Of a stretch of DNA of 46,797 nt, positions 1-9,078 are shown piece after piece; position 1 is the stretch's first letter, and every line of letters begins with the position of its first letter. Location of the stretch: positions 1 through 46,797 of the forward strand of contig CAZOAL010000060.1 in assembly GCA_964577695.1 (NCBI GenBank), written 5' to 3'. Both the position numbers and the translations under genes were made by a program. The DNA comes from an uncultured bacterium (GTDB taxonomy: Bacteria > Poribacteria > WGA-4E > PCPOR2b). The notes below the pieces were generated by a model. The model ran no database searches. It was not told the DNA's origin and saw nothing but the letters and a program-made list of their open reading frames with translations.

Positions 1-120
1 CATGCACGGTTTGGAGGGGGGGAAAATTCCGCAAGGAATCTACCTATCCCTACGATAGCCTTTGCGGTTTCTTACCGCAGTGTGTTCTCGGTTGAACGTC
101 GAATGTTTTACGCATACAAC

Positions 121-172
121 GGTTGCCGTCTTTAGAACCTAAGACGGCGTTGGCTTCTAAAAGACGGCAACC
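121..172. repeat. 12-bp perfect inverted repeat hairpin (GGTTGCCGTCTT ... AAGACGGCAACC) with internal CCTAAGAC direct repeats
   Basis: Read directly from the sequence at 121-132 and 161-172. There is no coding support for the overlapping 61-aa ORF. Confidence 0.5.
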
Positions 173-316
173 TAAGACAACGTTACTGTATGCAACCTTA
201 TACATTCAGTTTTCAGAGAACATGGGTGCTTTTTTAACTGTTAGCTCCGATGAAAGAGAGGAGTGCCTTACACCAACAGATATTACTGACCCACGCATAG
301 AGGATTAATATCGTTC

Positions 317-379
317 TGTCATTCTGAGCGTAGCGAAGAATCTCAGCGTGGAGATCCTTCGCTACGCTCAGGATGACAA
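317..379. repeat. Palindromic repeat element, family B (28-bp arms TGTCATTCTGAGCGTAGCGAAGAATCTC / GAGATCCTTCGCTACGCTCAGGATGACAA)
   Basis: Near-perfect inverted repeat with a 6-nt spacer. A related copy of the same arm lies at 25479-25507 in the opposite orientation. Confidence 0.6.
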
Positions 380-499
380 GTATTATAAACTTGTGCGTGG
401 GTCAGTATACCACAAAAATGGCACACGGAACAATCCAATACAAGGAGTTGCGGCTTCCTCCCCGCCGTAAACGGCGAGGTTTCCGCCGCGAAGATTTCT

Positions 500-1903
500 A
501 TGAATTACGAAAAAATGACGAAAGCGGAGTTAATCAAGGCGCTCAAGTCTTATCAATCGACTGGCGTTGCCGAATTGCGGGCGGCGAATGAATCGCTACA
601 ACATGAGATTGCCGAGCGTATGCGAGCAGAGGACCACATTCGCTACCAAAATGCCCTTCTGAAAGCCCAAGCCGAAGCCGACATCGACGGTGTCTTGGTC
701 ATCGATAGAGAGCGCCGATGGTTCTCCTTGCAGAAGCGGATGGAGGAGGATTTGCGCCGATTCGCCACAGTCGTTCGTGACTCGAACGACGCGATTACAG
801 TACAGGGCTTTGACGGCGATATCATGGCTTGGAACCGTAGCGCAGAAAAGATGTACGGTTGGAGCGAGGCTGAAGCATTGAAGATGAATGTTGAGAAAAT
901 TCACCCCGACGACAAGCGGGCGGAAGCCTTGGCTTTTGTTGAAAAAATCAGACAGGGTGAAACATTGATTTCGTTTGAAACCCGGCGCGTCACAAAGGAT
1001 GGTCGGATTTTAGACATCTGGCTGACTGCCACCGCGTTAGTGGATAATCAAGGACGACCCATCGCCATTGCCACAACGGAGCGGGACATCACTGAGCGCA
1101 AGCAGACCGAAGAACAAGCGAAATTGCATCAGAGACAGTTACTCCAAGCCGATAAGATGGCCTCGCTCGGCGTTTTGGTCTCTGGCGTGGCGCACGAGAT
1201 CAATAACCCCAACTACTACATCACCATCAACGGAAAACTCCTGAAAAGAATCTGGGATGAGGTGGTTCCCATCCTTGATGAATACTATGAGGAAAATGGC
1301 GACTTCGATTTGGCGGGCATCCCCTTCAGCGAGGCTCATGAGAACATCGATCAATTGTTTAATGGAATCGCAGAAGGCGCGGCGCGCATCGGGAAAATCG
1401 TCGAGAGCCTGAAGAATTTTGCCCGTCAGGATACCGGCGAGTTAAATCAGCAGGTGGATGTCAATGCCGTTGTTGAGTCTGCAACGGTCATTATGAACAA
1501 CCTGCTCCGGAAATCGACCAATCATTTTTCGGTTGAACGCGCACAAAATCTGCCAACCATCAGGGGAAACGCCCAACAACTTGAACAGGTGCTCATCAAT
1601 TTAATCACGAATTCCTGTCAGGCGCTTTTAGACAAACAGAACAGCATTGTGGTAAAAACTGCGTATGACACGGATTCAGACAACGTTATCCTCACCATTC
1701 GTGACGACGGCACCGGGATTGCCCCTGAAGATCTCAAACGCATCATGGATCCCTTTTTTACGACCAGACCAGAAACTGGCGGTACTGGTTTGGGACTGTC
1801 CGTTTCCTACGGTATCATCAGAGCGCATGGTGGGGAATTGAGCTTCGATTCCGAACTTGGAAAGGGAACGACAGCCACTGTTTCCCTGCCTGTTGTGTCG
1901 TAG
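500..1903 (+). CDS. PAS-domain sensor histidine kinase (coiled-coil N-terminus, PAS, HisKA, HATPase_c)
   Basis: H-box HEINNPNYY and G2 box GTGLGLSVSYGIIRAHGGEL are present. PAS-like segment DAITVQGFDGDIMAWNRSAEKMYGW. 467-aa ORF. Confidence 0.9.
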   Translation: MNYEKMTKAELIKALKSYQSTGVAELRAANESLQHEIAERMRAEDHIRYQNALLKAQAEADIDGVLVIDRERRWFSLQKRMEEDLRRFATVVRDSNDAITVQGFDGDIMAWNRSAEKMYGWSEAEALKMNVEKIHPDDKRAEALAFVEKIRQGETLISFETRRVTKDGRILDIWLTATALVDNQGRPIAIATTERDITERKQTEEQAKLHQRQLLQADKMASLGVLVSGVAHEINNPNYYITINGKLLKRIWDEVVPILDEYYEENGDFDLAGIPFSEAHENIDQLFNGIAEGAARIGKIVESLKNFARQDTGELNQQVDVNAVVESATVIMNNLLRKSTNHFSVERAQNLPTIRGNAQQLEQVLINLITNSCQALLDKQNSIVVKTAYDTDSDNVILTIRDDGTGIAPEDLKRIMDPFFTTRPETGGTGLGLSVSYGIIRAHGGELSFDSELGKGTTATVSLPVVS

Positions 1904-1909
1904 GTAGAT

Positions 1910-2043
1910 AGGACTTACGCAGTGAATCAATGAGACGCTCTCGTAGAGCGGGCAGCCCCGCTATGCGGGATCTCGCTTCGCTAGAGACTTGCCCGCTTGA
2001 AACGGGCTGGCAGCCCGTTCTACTTCTGAATTGCGTAAGTCCT
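1910..2043. repeat. Intergenic nested inverted-repeat element (outer arms AGGACTTACGCA...TGCGTAAGTCCT, inner palindromes CGCTCTCGTAGAGCG and AACGGGCTGGCAGCCCGTT)
   Basis: Read directly. The structure is about 130 bp and lies between the kinase and the response-regulator genes. Confidence 0.55.
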
Positions 2044-2116
2044 AATAGACCTAAAATCGGCACGATAGCGAATGATTCGCCACTCAGATTTCCATAAAAC
2101 GGAGGGCGCGTGTTCT

Positions 2117-3538
2117 ATGAACAAAACCAAGTTTCCTTCTCTCCCAATTTTACTGGTTGATGACGAAGAGCAGGCTTTGATTAGTAGTCGCTTGCTTTTA
2201 AACTCGGAGGGGATTAACAATGTGGTCCAGTGTCAAGACAGCCGTGATGTCATGGCGACCATAGCCCAACAGGACTTCGCCGTCATCGTACTTGATATGT
2301 TGATGCCGAACCTATCCGGTTGGCAACTGCTGCCAATGATTCTCCGGGATTATCCTCAGATTCCGGTAATCATCGTCACGGCCGTTAACGAGGTTGAAAC
2401 AGCCGTTGGCTGTATCAAGCAAGGGGCATTCCATTATCTCGTTAAACCCACAGCGGAGGCCAATTTGGTTCCGAGCATCCGGCGTGCGCTCGAATTCAGC
2501 ACATTGCGGGATGAAAATGCCTTGCTCAAACAGTCGCTGTTTTCCGACGAGCTTAAGCAGCCCGAAGCGTTCGCCGAGATTATCACCCAAGACCGAACGA
2601 TGCACACCATTTTTCAATACGTCGAAGCGATTGCCGAAACTGTGCTTCCTGTGTTGATTACCGGCGAAACCGGTGTTGGCAAGGAATTGATTGCCACATC
2701 CATCCACCAACGGAGTGGTCGAACTGGCGCGTTCGTTCCGGTCAATGTCGCCGGGCTAGATGATCCGTTCTTTTCAGATACACTTTTTGGGCATCAAAAA
2801 GGGGCGTTTACTGGCGCGGATCGACCCCGCAGAGGCTTAATTGAACAAGCAAAAGGCGGCACGCTCTTTCTCGATGAAATCGGCGATCTGCGCCCTGAAT
2901 CACAGGTCAAGCTGTTGCGACTTTTGCAGGAAGGGGTGTATTATCCGCTGGGCGCAGATGTCCCAAAAGCCACCGATGCCCGAATTGTCGTTGCCACCAA
3001 CCGGGAATTGGAGGCCATCTTGGGAACGGGGCAGTTTCGTAAAGACCTCTATTATCGACTTCAAGCCCATCAGATTCACCTGCCGCCGCTCCGCGAGCGA
3101 CGGGATGATATTCCGTTACTGGTCGATCACTTCCTCGAAAAGGGGGCGAACACACTGGGCAAGAAAAAGCCAACACCACCCAGAGAACTTTTCACACTGC
3201 TTTCTGCCTATCATTTCCCCGGTAACCTCCGGGAGCTTGAAGGCATGATCGTTGATGCCGTTGGCAGACACAAGAAAGGCACCCTTTCTATGGAATCCTT
3301 CCGTGAGAAAATCGGTCACACACCACCGACTCACCCACCAGTTCAGCCCCGTCAATTAGAGGCCACGGAAGATTCGTCGGTTCTATTCAAGGAGAGACTA
3401 CCCACTTTGAAAGAAGTCGAGCAACGGTTAATCGCGGAAGCGCTGAAGCGTGCCGATGGCAACCAGACTATTGCCGCCCAACTTGTCGGATTGTCGAGAA
3501 GGGCATTGGCCGGTCGGTTGGCAAGAATCCATGAATAA
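2117..3538 (+). CDS. Sigma-54-dependent response regulator / transcriptional activator (REC + AAA+ sigma-54 interaction domain + Fis-type HTH), NtrC family
   Basis: Receiver segment LLVDDEEQ...DMLMP. Walker A GETGVGKE. Sigma-54 contact motif GAFTGA. C-terminal [19 protein letters not shown]. The ATG at 2117 follows GGAGGG, whereas the ORF track starts at 2072. Confidence 0.9.
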   Translation: MNKTKFPSLPILLVDDEEQALISSRLLLNSEGINNVVQCQDSRDVMATIAQQDFAVIVLDMLMPNLSGWQLLPMILRDYPQIPVIIVTAVNEVETAVGCIKQGAFHYLVKPTAEANLVPSIRRALEFSTLRDENALLKQSLFSDELKQPEAFAEIITQDRTMHTIFQYVEAIAETVLPVLITGETGVGKELIATSIHQRSGRTGAFVPVNVAGLDDPFFSDTLFGHQKGAFTGADRPRRGLIEQAKGGTLFLDEIGDLRPESQVKLLRLLQEGVYYPLGADVPKATDARIVVATNRELEAILGTGQFRKDLYYRLQAHQIHLPPLRERRDDIPLLVDHFLEKGANTLGKKKPTPPRELFTLLSAYHFPGNLRELEGMIVDAVGRHKKGTLSMESFREKIGHTPPTHPPVQPRQLEATEDSSVLFKERLPTLKEVEQRLIAEALKRADGNQTIAAQLVGLSRRALAGRLARIHE

Positions 3539-3762
3539 CTAAAATGGGGTGTACCATTTCTGCGCGAGTGTACCGTTTTTACATACCGCTAAACCGCTTG
3601 ATTGAAAAGGGCTTGCGGGAGCTGGCGAAAAATCCTCGCTTTCATACGGTGCACTCCATTTTTACCTGCCTGATTTCTTCATATTGGTCTCAATGCTTGT
3701 CATAGACGGCGTTGCGCGAAGTTTGTCAATTGGGCACACATTTTGCGCTAACTGGAAACATG

Positions 3763-4158
3763 GATAAGAAACATCTTCTTTTGGTCGACAACGATAAAAA
3801 CCTGCTAAACACCTTTGCATTTCTTCTGAAAGCAGCCGGTTACAAAGTCACCACCGCAATAAACGGCCAAGACGCTTTGAAAACAATCTCAGCGGGTTCA
3901 ATTGACCTTCTCATCACAGACATTCGGATGTCCGGTTTATCGGGTCAAAAACTTATCGATGAACTGAACCGATTGGAGGTAAAAATCCCCGTTGTGGTGA
4001 TTACCGGATTTGGGAATCGCAAACCCACTGCTGAACTGAAGCGTAAAGGTTGTGCGGCGTACTTTGAAAAACCGTTTAATGAAGAGGTCTTTGTCAGGTG
4101 TATCGGATCGATTCTTGAGAAATCAGCGCATGGTAGCTGTGGAGGAAACGATGTCTGA
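3763..4158 (+). CDS. Stand-alone CheY-like response regulator receiver domain protein
   Basis: LLLVDNDKN ... DLLITDIRMSGLSG ... receiver motifs. Start is probably the ATG at 3763, whereas the ORF track starts at 3712. Confidence 0.8.
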   Translation, partial: DKKHLLLVDNDKNLLNTFAFLLKAAGYKVTTAINGQDALKTISAGSIDLLITDIRMSGLSGQKLIDELNRLEVKIPVVVITGFGNRKPTAELKRKGCAAYFEKPFNEEVFVRCIGSILEKSAHGSCGGNDV

Positions 4159-4253
4159 CCTCATTCAACCTGCTATTGAATCTACCATTTCACCTCAGTT
4201 TCAAATGGCACTGACTTAACGAAAGAATTCAAAAATTCAAAAGGAGAAGCTAC

Positions 4254-4754
4254 ATGTTAGTAACAATTTTGATGAGATGCAGAAAACGATGTTTCACCAT
4301 AGTGATGGGGAGTGCAATTGCACTCCTGATGTTCACAGCGTCCTCCCCCGCGAAAGCAACGGGGAACAAAGTCGGTTTTCGCTTGGGCGTCTACACCGAT
4401 GCGGAAGCGCCCTTCCTCGGCGTTGAAGCACTGACACCGATTGGGCCTTCAGCCATCTACTTCAATCCGAACATGGAGTTTATCTTTATCGAACATGGCA
4501 CGTTCGCGACGTTCAATTTCGATTTTCATTACGATTTCCCGACGGCCAGTCCGACCCTGCTCTGGTGGGCCGGGGCTGGACTTGGCATGCTTTATCGCAA
4601 CCCGGCAGGGCCAATTGGCGGCAATGCGGACTTAGGAGCGAATCTGCTCTTCGGTATCGGATTCGGTCGTGGCCCAACAATTCCTTACCTCCAGGGTAAA
4701 GCCATCATCTCGGATAACACCGAATTGTCCATCGGTTTCGGACTGCGGTTTTAG
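4254..4754 (+). CDS. Outer-membrane beta-barrel protein (signal peptide, alternating amphipathic strands, C-terminal Phe)
   Basis: N-terminal signal sequence ending SSPAKA. Glycine/aromatic-rich strands. C-terminus IGFGLRF. RBS AAGGAG upstream. Confidence 0.6.
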   Translation: MLVTILMRCRKRCFTIVMGSAIALLMFTASSPAKATGNKVGFRLGVYTDAEAPFLGVEALTPIGPSAIYFNPNMEFIFIEHGTFATFNFDFHYDFPTASPTLLWWAGAGLGMLYRNPAGPIGGNADLGANLLFGIGFGRGPTIPYLQGKAIISDNTELSIGFGLRF

Positions 4755-4774
4755 AGAGGGGTTAAACGTTCAAG

Positions 4775-4936
4775 TCACTGTTGAAAATTAGAAAGGAGTT
4801 TACCATGTTTCGGAAAAACCTGTTTCAAAATAGTCGTCATCGCCAGTCGTTCATTTCACTGTTGAAAATCAGAAAGGAGTTTACCATGTTTCGGAAAAAC
4901 CTGTTTCAAAACACCCGTCATCGCCCGTCGTTCATC
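4775..4936. repeat. 81-bp tandem duplication (2 copies) covering the RBS, start codon and first 19 codons of the downstream OmpA-family gene
   Basis: Copy 1 at 4775-4855 and copy 2 at 4856-4936 differ at only about 5 positions. Both carry GAAAGGAGTTTACCATG. Confidence 0.85.
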
Positions 4937-5590
4937 ATGGTCGGGATGCTTGTCGCGCTGATTTTCGCCAGCCATGGATGCTCGCATTTCAGTAACAAGC
5001 AGAAAGGGGGAGTAATCGGTGGGACTACTGGAGGCGTTGTTGGGGGGGTCATCGGTAAGAAGGCTGGTCACACCGCCGTGGGTGCGATTTTAGGCGCAGC
5101 CGTCGGTGGGGCATCAGGGGCTTACATTGGCCATAAGATGGATAAACAAGCCGACGAGATTGAAAAAGAGGTCCAAGGGGCCAAAGTCGAGCGAATCGGT
5201 GAGGGAATTCACGTCTCCTTCGACTCCAATCTCCTTTTTGCTGTAAACGAAGCCACGTTGACCCATCAAAGTCAAACGAATCTCCAAAAGTTTGCTGGCA
5301 TCCTACAGAAGTACGCAGATACGGACAGCTTGATCGAAGGGCATACCGACTCGACGGGGACTGAAGCATACAACCTGACACTCTCCCAACAACGCGCTCA
5401 GTCCGTCGCCAACTATCTCACGACCCTTGGGGTCAGTCCGACTCGATTGACCATCAGGGGGTATGGCGAATCTCAACCTATCACCTCCAACGACACCCCT
5501 GAAGATCGTCAAGCCAATCGTCGCGTGGAAATCGCGATTGTGGCGAATGAAAAGCTGAAAGCGGAAGCGCAGGCGAAAACAACAGAGTAG
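4805..5590 (+). CDS. OmpA-family protein (lipoprotein-like signal, Gly-zipper region, OmpA C-terminal peptidoglycan-binding domain)
   Basis: OmpA_C signature NEATL...LIEGHTDSTGTEAYNLTLSQQRAQSVANYL...RRVEIAI. Alternative start at the ATG at 4886 in the second repeat copy. Confidence 0.85.
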   Translation: MFRKNLFQNSRHRQSFISLLKIRKEFTMFRKNLFQNTRHRPSFIMVGMLVALIFASHGCSHFSNKQKGGVIGGTTGGVVGGVIGKKAGHTAVGAILGAAVGGASGAYIGHKMDKQADEIEKEVQGAKVERIGEGIHVSFDSNLLFAVNEATLTHQSQTNLQKFAGILQKYADTDSLIEGHTDSTGTEAYNLTLSQQRAQSVANYLTTLGVSPTRLTIRGYGESQPITSNDTPEDRQANRRVEIAIVANEKLKAEAQAKTTE

Positions 5591-5768
5591 TTCATTCAAC
5601 CTCACGAGGGGCGGGGGTACGTAAGCGAAAAACAGATCCGATTTTAAGTTCGCAAATGTGAGGCAGGAAAACGAGCAAATAAGCAATCAAGTCTCTATAT
5701 AGCTTTACGAAATCTCCGATTTGCTAGACATTCGGAGGCAATCAAGCAGACAAAGAGGAGGATAAATT

Positions 5769-5834
5769 ATGCTTAACTCAGAAATTCAAGAAGCACTAGG
5801 GCGTGTTGACGAACTCGGGCAAATGCGCTCGTAG
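5769..5834 (+). pseudogene. 21-codon orphan fragment (MLNSEIQEALGRVDELGQMRS*) identical to the C-terminal end of the DUF1016 ORF at 46052-46786; encoded inside the family-A repeat arm
   Basis: The nucleotide identity to 46749-46797 was read directly. Confidence 0.5.
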
Positions 5835-5924
5835 CCCAAGTTTCTAACTTGGCACCTCGTCCCCAACCAAGATAGAATCTTGGGCTACAGTTAGATTGCG
5901 AAACAGTTCGTCAACACGCCCTAG
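5796..5924. repeat. Palindromic MITE-like element, family A (outer arms CTAGGGCGTGTTGACGAAC, inner stem GTAGCCCAAG/CTTGGGCTAC, two small internal hairpins)
   Basis: Nested inverted repeats read directly. Copies or partial copies lie at 8932-9001 and 46749-46797. Confidence 0.75.
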
Positions 5925-5949
5925 TACCCTGTCAATCGTCATTTGATGG

Positions 5950-6000
5950 GTAGTGACGACTTCAGTCGTTCATCGAAAAAGCGACTGAAGTCGCCACTAC
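5950..6000. repeat. 19-bp inverted-repeat hairpin (GTAGTGACGACTTCAGTCG ... CGACTGAAGTCGCCACTAC)
   Basis: Read directly. It is adjacent to the family-A element. Confidence 0.5.
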
Positions 6001-6129
6001 GAACCCCTCAATTCAGCCTTGACAAGGCACTAGACGGTTGAGTGAACTCTTGTTAGCCACCGAAAGGGTCAGCCGCACTGGAAATGGTAAGTCGGAACAA
6101 AAAGCAGGCAGGATAGGGAGGAGTTACGC

Positions 6130-6369
6130 ATGACGGTTAAACAAAATCGAAGCAATCACCCCAATTTTTATGAGTTCGCTCTACTCTTTGCTGACGGGCA
6201 ATCCCGCCCAAAGGAGGAGCGGCGGGGTACTTTTATCGACAATCTGTCCCGGATTTGCGACGAATTTGCTTCTCATATTTCGCTGAAAGAGCGACATGAT
6301 TTGACTCATTGCAATCAAGTGATTGTAACGCCTGAGTTTGGCAGCTTTAGTGATACGAATCGGGTTTGA
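6130..6369 (+). CDS. Hypothetical small protein (79 aa)
   Basis: A strong RBS GGGAGGAG precedes the ATG. No recognisable domain. Confidence 0.3.
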   Translation: MTVKQNRSNHPNFYEFALLFADGQSRPKEERRGTFIDNLSRICDEFASHISLKERHDLTHCNQVIVTPEFGSFSDTNRV

Positions 6370-6559
6370 ACCTTGATGAGTACGGAATTTATCGAGGTTC
6401 GAGCGAAGGAAAAGTATAGGATGCAGGATTTGAGGAGGTGACAAGTCGTGAAACCGCAGTTCAAACTGAACCCATTTGCAGTACCACAAGCTATTCCGAT
6501 GATTGGCGTTTATACACGGGCGTATTTTAAGCAATTTTCGCTCGAATTGGAGGCACACG

Positions 6560-6882
6560 ATGCAGAACGTCGCAACAGTTATCTTGGGTGGCGGGAACGG
6601 AACCCGTCTTTACCCCCTGACAAAAGACCGTGCAAAACCTAGCGTTCCGATTGCAGGGAAATTTCGCCTGATTGATATTCCGATGAGTAACTGCATTTAT
6701 TCGGAGTTAGCACAGGTTTTTATCCTGACACAATTTAATTCCGCGTCCCTGAACCGTCACATTGCACAAGCGTACCAGTTTGACACTTTTTCCGACAAAT
6801 CGGTGCGGATATTGGCGGCCCAGCAAACCAGCGGAGTGTTGCGAAATGGGCGGCTGATGCGTTGAAAGAGATCGGAGCGTGA
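6560..6882 (+). pseudogene. glgC: Remnant of glucose-1-phosphate adenylyltransferase (glgC), N-terminal ~100 codons then frameshift and stop
   Basis: [42 protein letters not shown]...[14 protein letters not shown] matches the GlgC N-terminus. After AAQQ the conserved W..GTADA continues in the +2 frame ([11 protein letters not shown]). The remaining ~300 codons are absent. Confidence 0.7.
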
Positions 6883-6928
6883 CCGCTATGCGAGTTTTAG
6901 TGACACGGAACAACGGGAGGAAAGCTAA

Positions 6929-7363
6929 ATGAAAGACACACTTCAATACGACAAAGAGATTGCCGACTTCAAAGCGGCTATCGACATCGCCCCTGATAAT
7001 GCAGAAGCATATTACAATCTGGGGATTGTCTACGCCAAGCAAGGCAAGTCGGACTTAGCGGTTGAGTCATATCAGGCGGCCATCAACATCAACCCTGACT
7101 ATGCACAGACACATTACAATCTGGGAAATGCCTACGGTAGGCAAGACAAGTTGGACTTAGCCATGGCGTCATTCAAAAAGGCTCTCCGCATCAATCCCCG
7201 TTATGCAAAGGCACATCGCAATCTGGGGGTGACCTACGCTAAACAGGGCAAGTCAGACTTAGCCATTGAGTCATTCAAAAAGGCTCTCCGCATCAATCCG
7301 GACCTTGATAGCCCCGAATGGCGGCGGCGTATCAACTCACTACAGAACAAAGGAAGAATATAA
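6929..7363 (+). CDS. Tetratricopeptide (TPR) repeat protein
   Basis: Four 34-aa repeats of the form AEAYYNLGIVYAKQGKSDLAVESYQAAININP. Confidence 0.85.
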   Translation: MKDTLQYDKEIADFKAAIDIAPDNAEAYYNLGIVYAKQGKSDLAVESYQAAININPDYAQTHYNLGNAYGRQDKLDLAMASFKKALRINPRYAKAHRNLGVTYAKQGKSDLAIESFKKALRINPDLDSPEWRRRINSLQNKGRI

Positions 7364-7368
7364 CTCAA

Positions 7369-8682
7369 GTGTCTCTACCTGATATTTCACATCATGCGGA
7401 TTCCGCTGACATCGTTTATCCGTCAACATTGCCCTTCATCCTCGTTCATCTGGTCTGTTTTGCGGTCATCTGGACCGGTTTTCAGACCACAGACATTATA
7501 CTTTGTGGTGTCTTGTACGCCATTCGCATGCTTGGCATTACGGCCGGCTATCACCGCTATTTTTCACACCGTTCGTTCAAAACCAGCCGTGTGTTCCAAT
7601 TCTTGCTTGCGGTTGTTGGACAAGCTTCCGCGCAGCAAGATGCGCTCTGGTGGGCAGCCAAACATCGTGAACATCACAGATACTCAGACACCCCACAGGA
7701 CGTACACTCACCCCTTCAAAGTGGCTTCTGGTTTGCTCATGTCGGTTGGATCTTTTCGGCGACCAAGTGCCAAGCGGATTACCGCCTGATAAAGGATTTT
7801 ATGAAATATCCAGAGCTGGTTTGGCTCAACCGATACAAACACCTCCCCCCCGTCCTGTTGGGAGTCGTGGTGTGGTTAGTTGCTGGTTGGTCTGGGCTGG
7901 TGGTCGGTTTCTTCATGAGTACCGTACTCCTCTTTCACGGCACATTTGCGATTAACTCGCTGGCTCACCTCATCGGCAAACAATCTTACGTCACCGGGGA
8001 TGACTCGCGCAACAACTGGTTTCTGGCACTGATCACCTTTGGTGAAGGGTGGCACAACAACCATCACTACTTTCAAAGTTCAACCCGACAAGGCTTCCAT
8101 TGGTGGCAAATCGATTTCACATATTACGTTTTGAAGCTCATCTCGTTTTTGGGAATTGTTTGGGAGCTTCGCGCCCCACCTGAGGCTGTGGTTCAAGGGG
8201 TACGTCGTTTGCCGCAAAACGTCATCGAACGGGTCGCCCAACGGTTGGCGGCGAGTTTCGAGATTGAACCGATCAGTGAGCAAATTCGCCAAGCGTGGGC
8301 ACACACCCCGAGATTTGAGGACTTCGCCCAATTTATCCGCCAATCCCGGTCAGACACTTACGCGTTTCTCACCGATATTCATCTTCCTCAGTTGCCAACG
8401 ATCACTTCTCTGAAACATCAGGCGCAAGAGATGTTTGCCCAGACTCAACATTTGGATCTGATTGTTATTCGAGCCCATCAGATGATCGTTGAGGCTATTT
8501 TAAGGCATCTGTTCCATGATTCACACCCCCCTGGTAATGCGATTTATGTGTTGGGTAAGATGGGTGAATCAGCGGTGCCTGCATTAATCAATGCCTTAAA
8601 TTCGGAGCATGTCGAAGTTCGCAGGTATGCGGAAATAGCATGGATTTATGCGAACGCTCAGGTGAAAGGTGCCGAATTTTGA
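7369..8682 (+). CDS. Acyl-CoA (stearoyl-CoA-type) fatty-acid desaturase with a C-terminal HEAT/PBS-lyase-like repeat extension
   Basis: Three His boxes (HRYFSHRSF, HREHHRYSDT, HNNHHYF) plus transmembrane segments. C-terminus GKMGESAVPALINALNSEHVEVRRYAE. Start is uncertain: GTG at 7369, while the ORF track begins at 7318 overlapping the TPR gene. Confidence 0.8.
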   Translation: MSLPDISHHADSADIVYPSTLPFILVHLVCFAVIWTGFQTTDIILCGVLYAIRMLGITAGYHRYFSHRSFKTSRVFQFLLAVVGQASAQQDALWWAAKHREHHRYSDTPQDVHSPLQSGFWFAHVGWIFSATKCQADYRLIKDFMKYPELVWLNRYKHLPPVLLGVVVWLVAGWSGLVVGFFMSTVLLFHGTFAINSLAHLIGKQSYVTGDDSRNNWFLALITFGEGWHNNHHYFQSSTRQGFHWWQIDFTYYVLKLISFLGIVWELRAPPEAVVQGVRRLPQNVIERVAQRLAASFEIEPISEQIRQAWAHTPRFEDFAQFIRQSRSDTYAFLTDIHLPQLPTITSLKHQAQEMFAQTQHLDLIVIRAHQMIVEAILRHLFHDSHPPGNAIYVLGKMGESAVPALINALNSEHVEVRRYAEIAWIYANAQVKGAEF

Positions 8683-8723
8683 GTATTGCCAAAACTGCAA
8701 TAAACGATGACAGGGACCATCCG

Positions 8724-8915
8724 ATGAATAAATCCGATCGCTGGGAAAGTGTAATTCTGCTCATATCGGCTGTAATTCTCTTACCAATATGGTTGGCGCG
8801 AGACAAACAAATACCTATACCTGGGGGCATTTTAACTGTTTTGCAGGCACTCTTGTTGGTTGTGCTTGTCGTCATTTTGATTCGTCGCTTGCGCCGTGGG
8901 TGCAATGTCACATGA
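8724..8915 (+). CDS. Hypothetical small membrane protein
   Basis: Two hydrophobic helices (VILLISAVILLPIWL, LQALLLVVLVVILI). Weak start context. Confidence 0.3.
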   Translation: MNKSDRWESVILLISAVILLPIWLARDKQIPIPGGILTVLQALLLVVLVVILIRRLRRGCNVT

Positions 8916-8931
8916 GAAATGAGATCCAATC

Positions 8932-9001
8932 GTAGCCTAACTTTCTAAGTTGGCCAACCAAGGGCACCCTTCGCAGAAACCAAGATAGAATCTTGGGCTA
9001 C
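8932..9001. repeat. Short/degenerate copy of the family-A palindromic element (GTAGCCTAAC...CCAAGATAGAATCTTGGGCTAC)
   Basis: Shares the inner core with 5831-5888. Outer arms differ. Confidence 0.6.
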
Positions 9002-9078
9002 AATCGAGCGTGACATTGTAGTGCTAAAAGGCTTTTGGCAAATGATGAGGAGCGCAAATCACAATGGGAGGTGTCAAA

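Noticed and set aside
123-591. Small ORFs 123..308 and 373..591 at the window start
   Set aside because: They overlap palindromic repeat elements and the 5' end of the kinase gene. They have no RBS or domain support.
2312-2710. 132-aa ORF on the minus strand inside the sigma-54 regulator gene
   Set aside because: It is antisense to a strongly supported CDS and has no features of its own.
5049-5686. Minus-strand ORFs antisense to the OmpA-family gene
   Set aside because: The OmpA C-terminal domain on the plus strand is unambiguous.
8588-8929. 113-aa minus-strand ORF overlapping the small membrane-protein ORF
   Set aside because: The plus-strand ORF has two clean TM helices. The minus-strand translation is low-complexity basic sequence.
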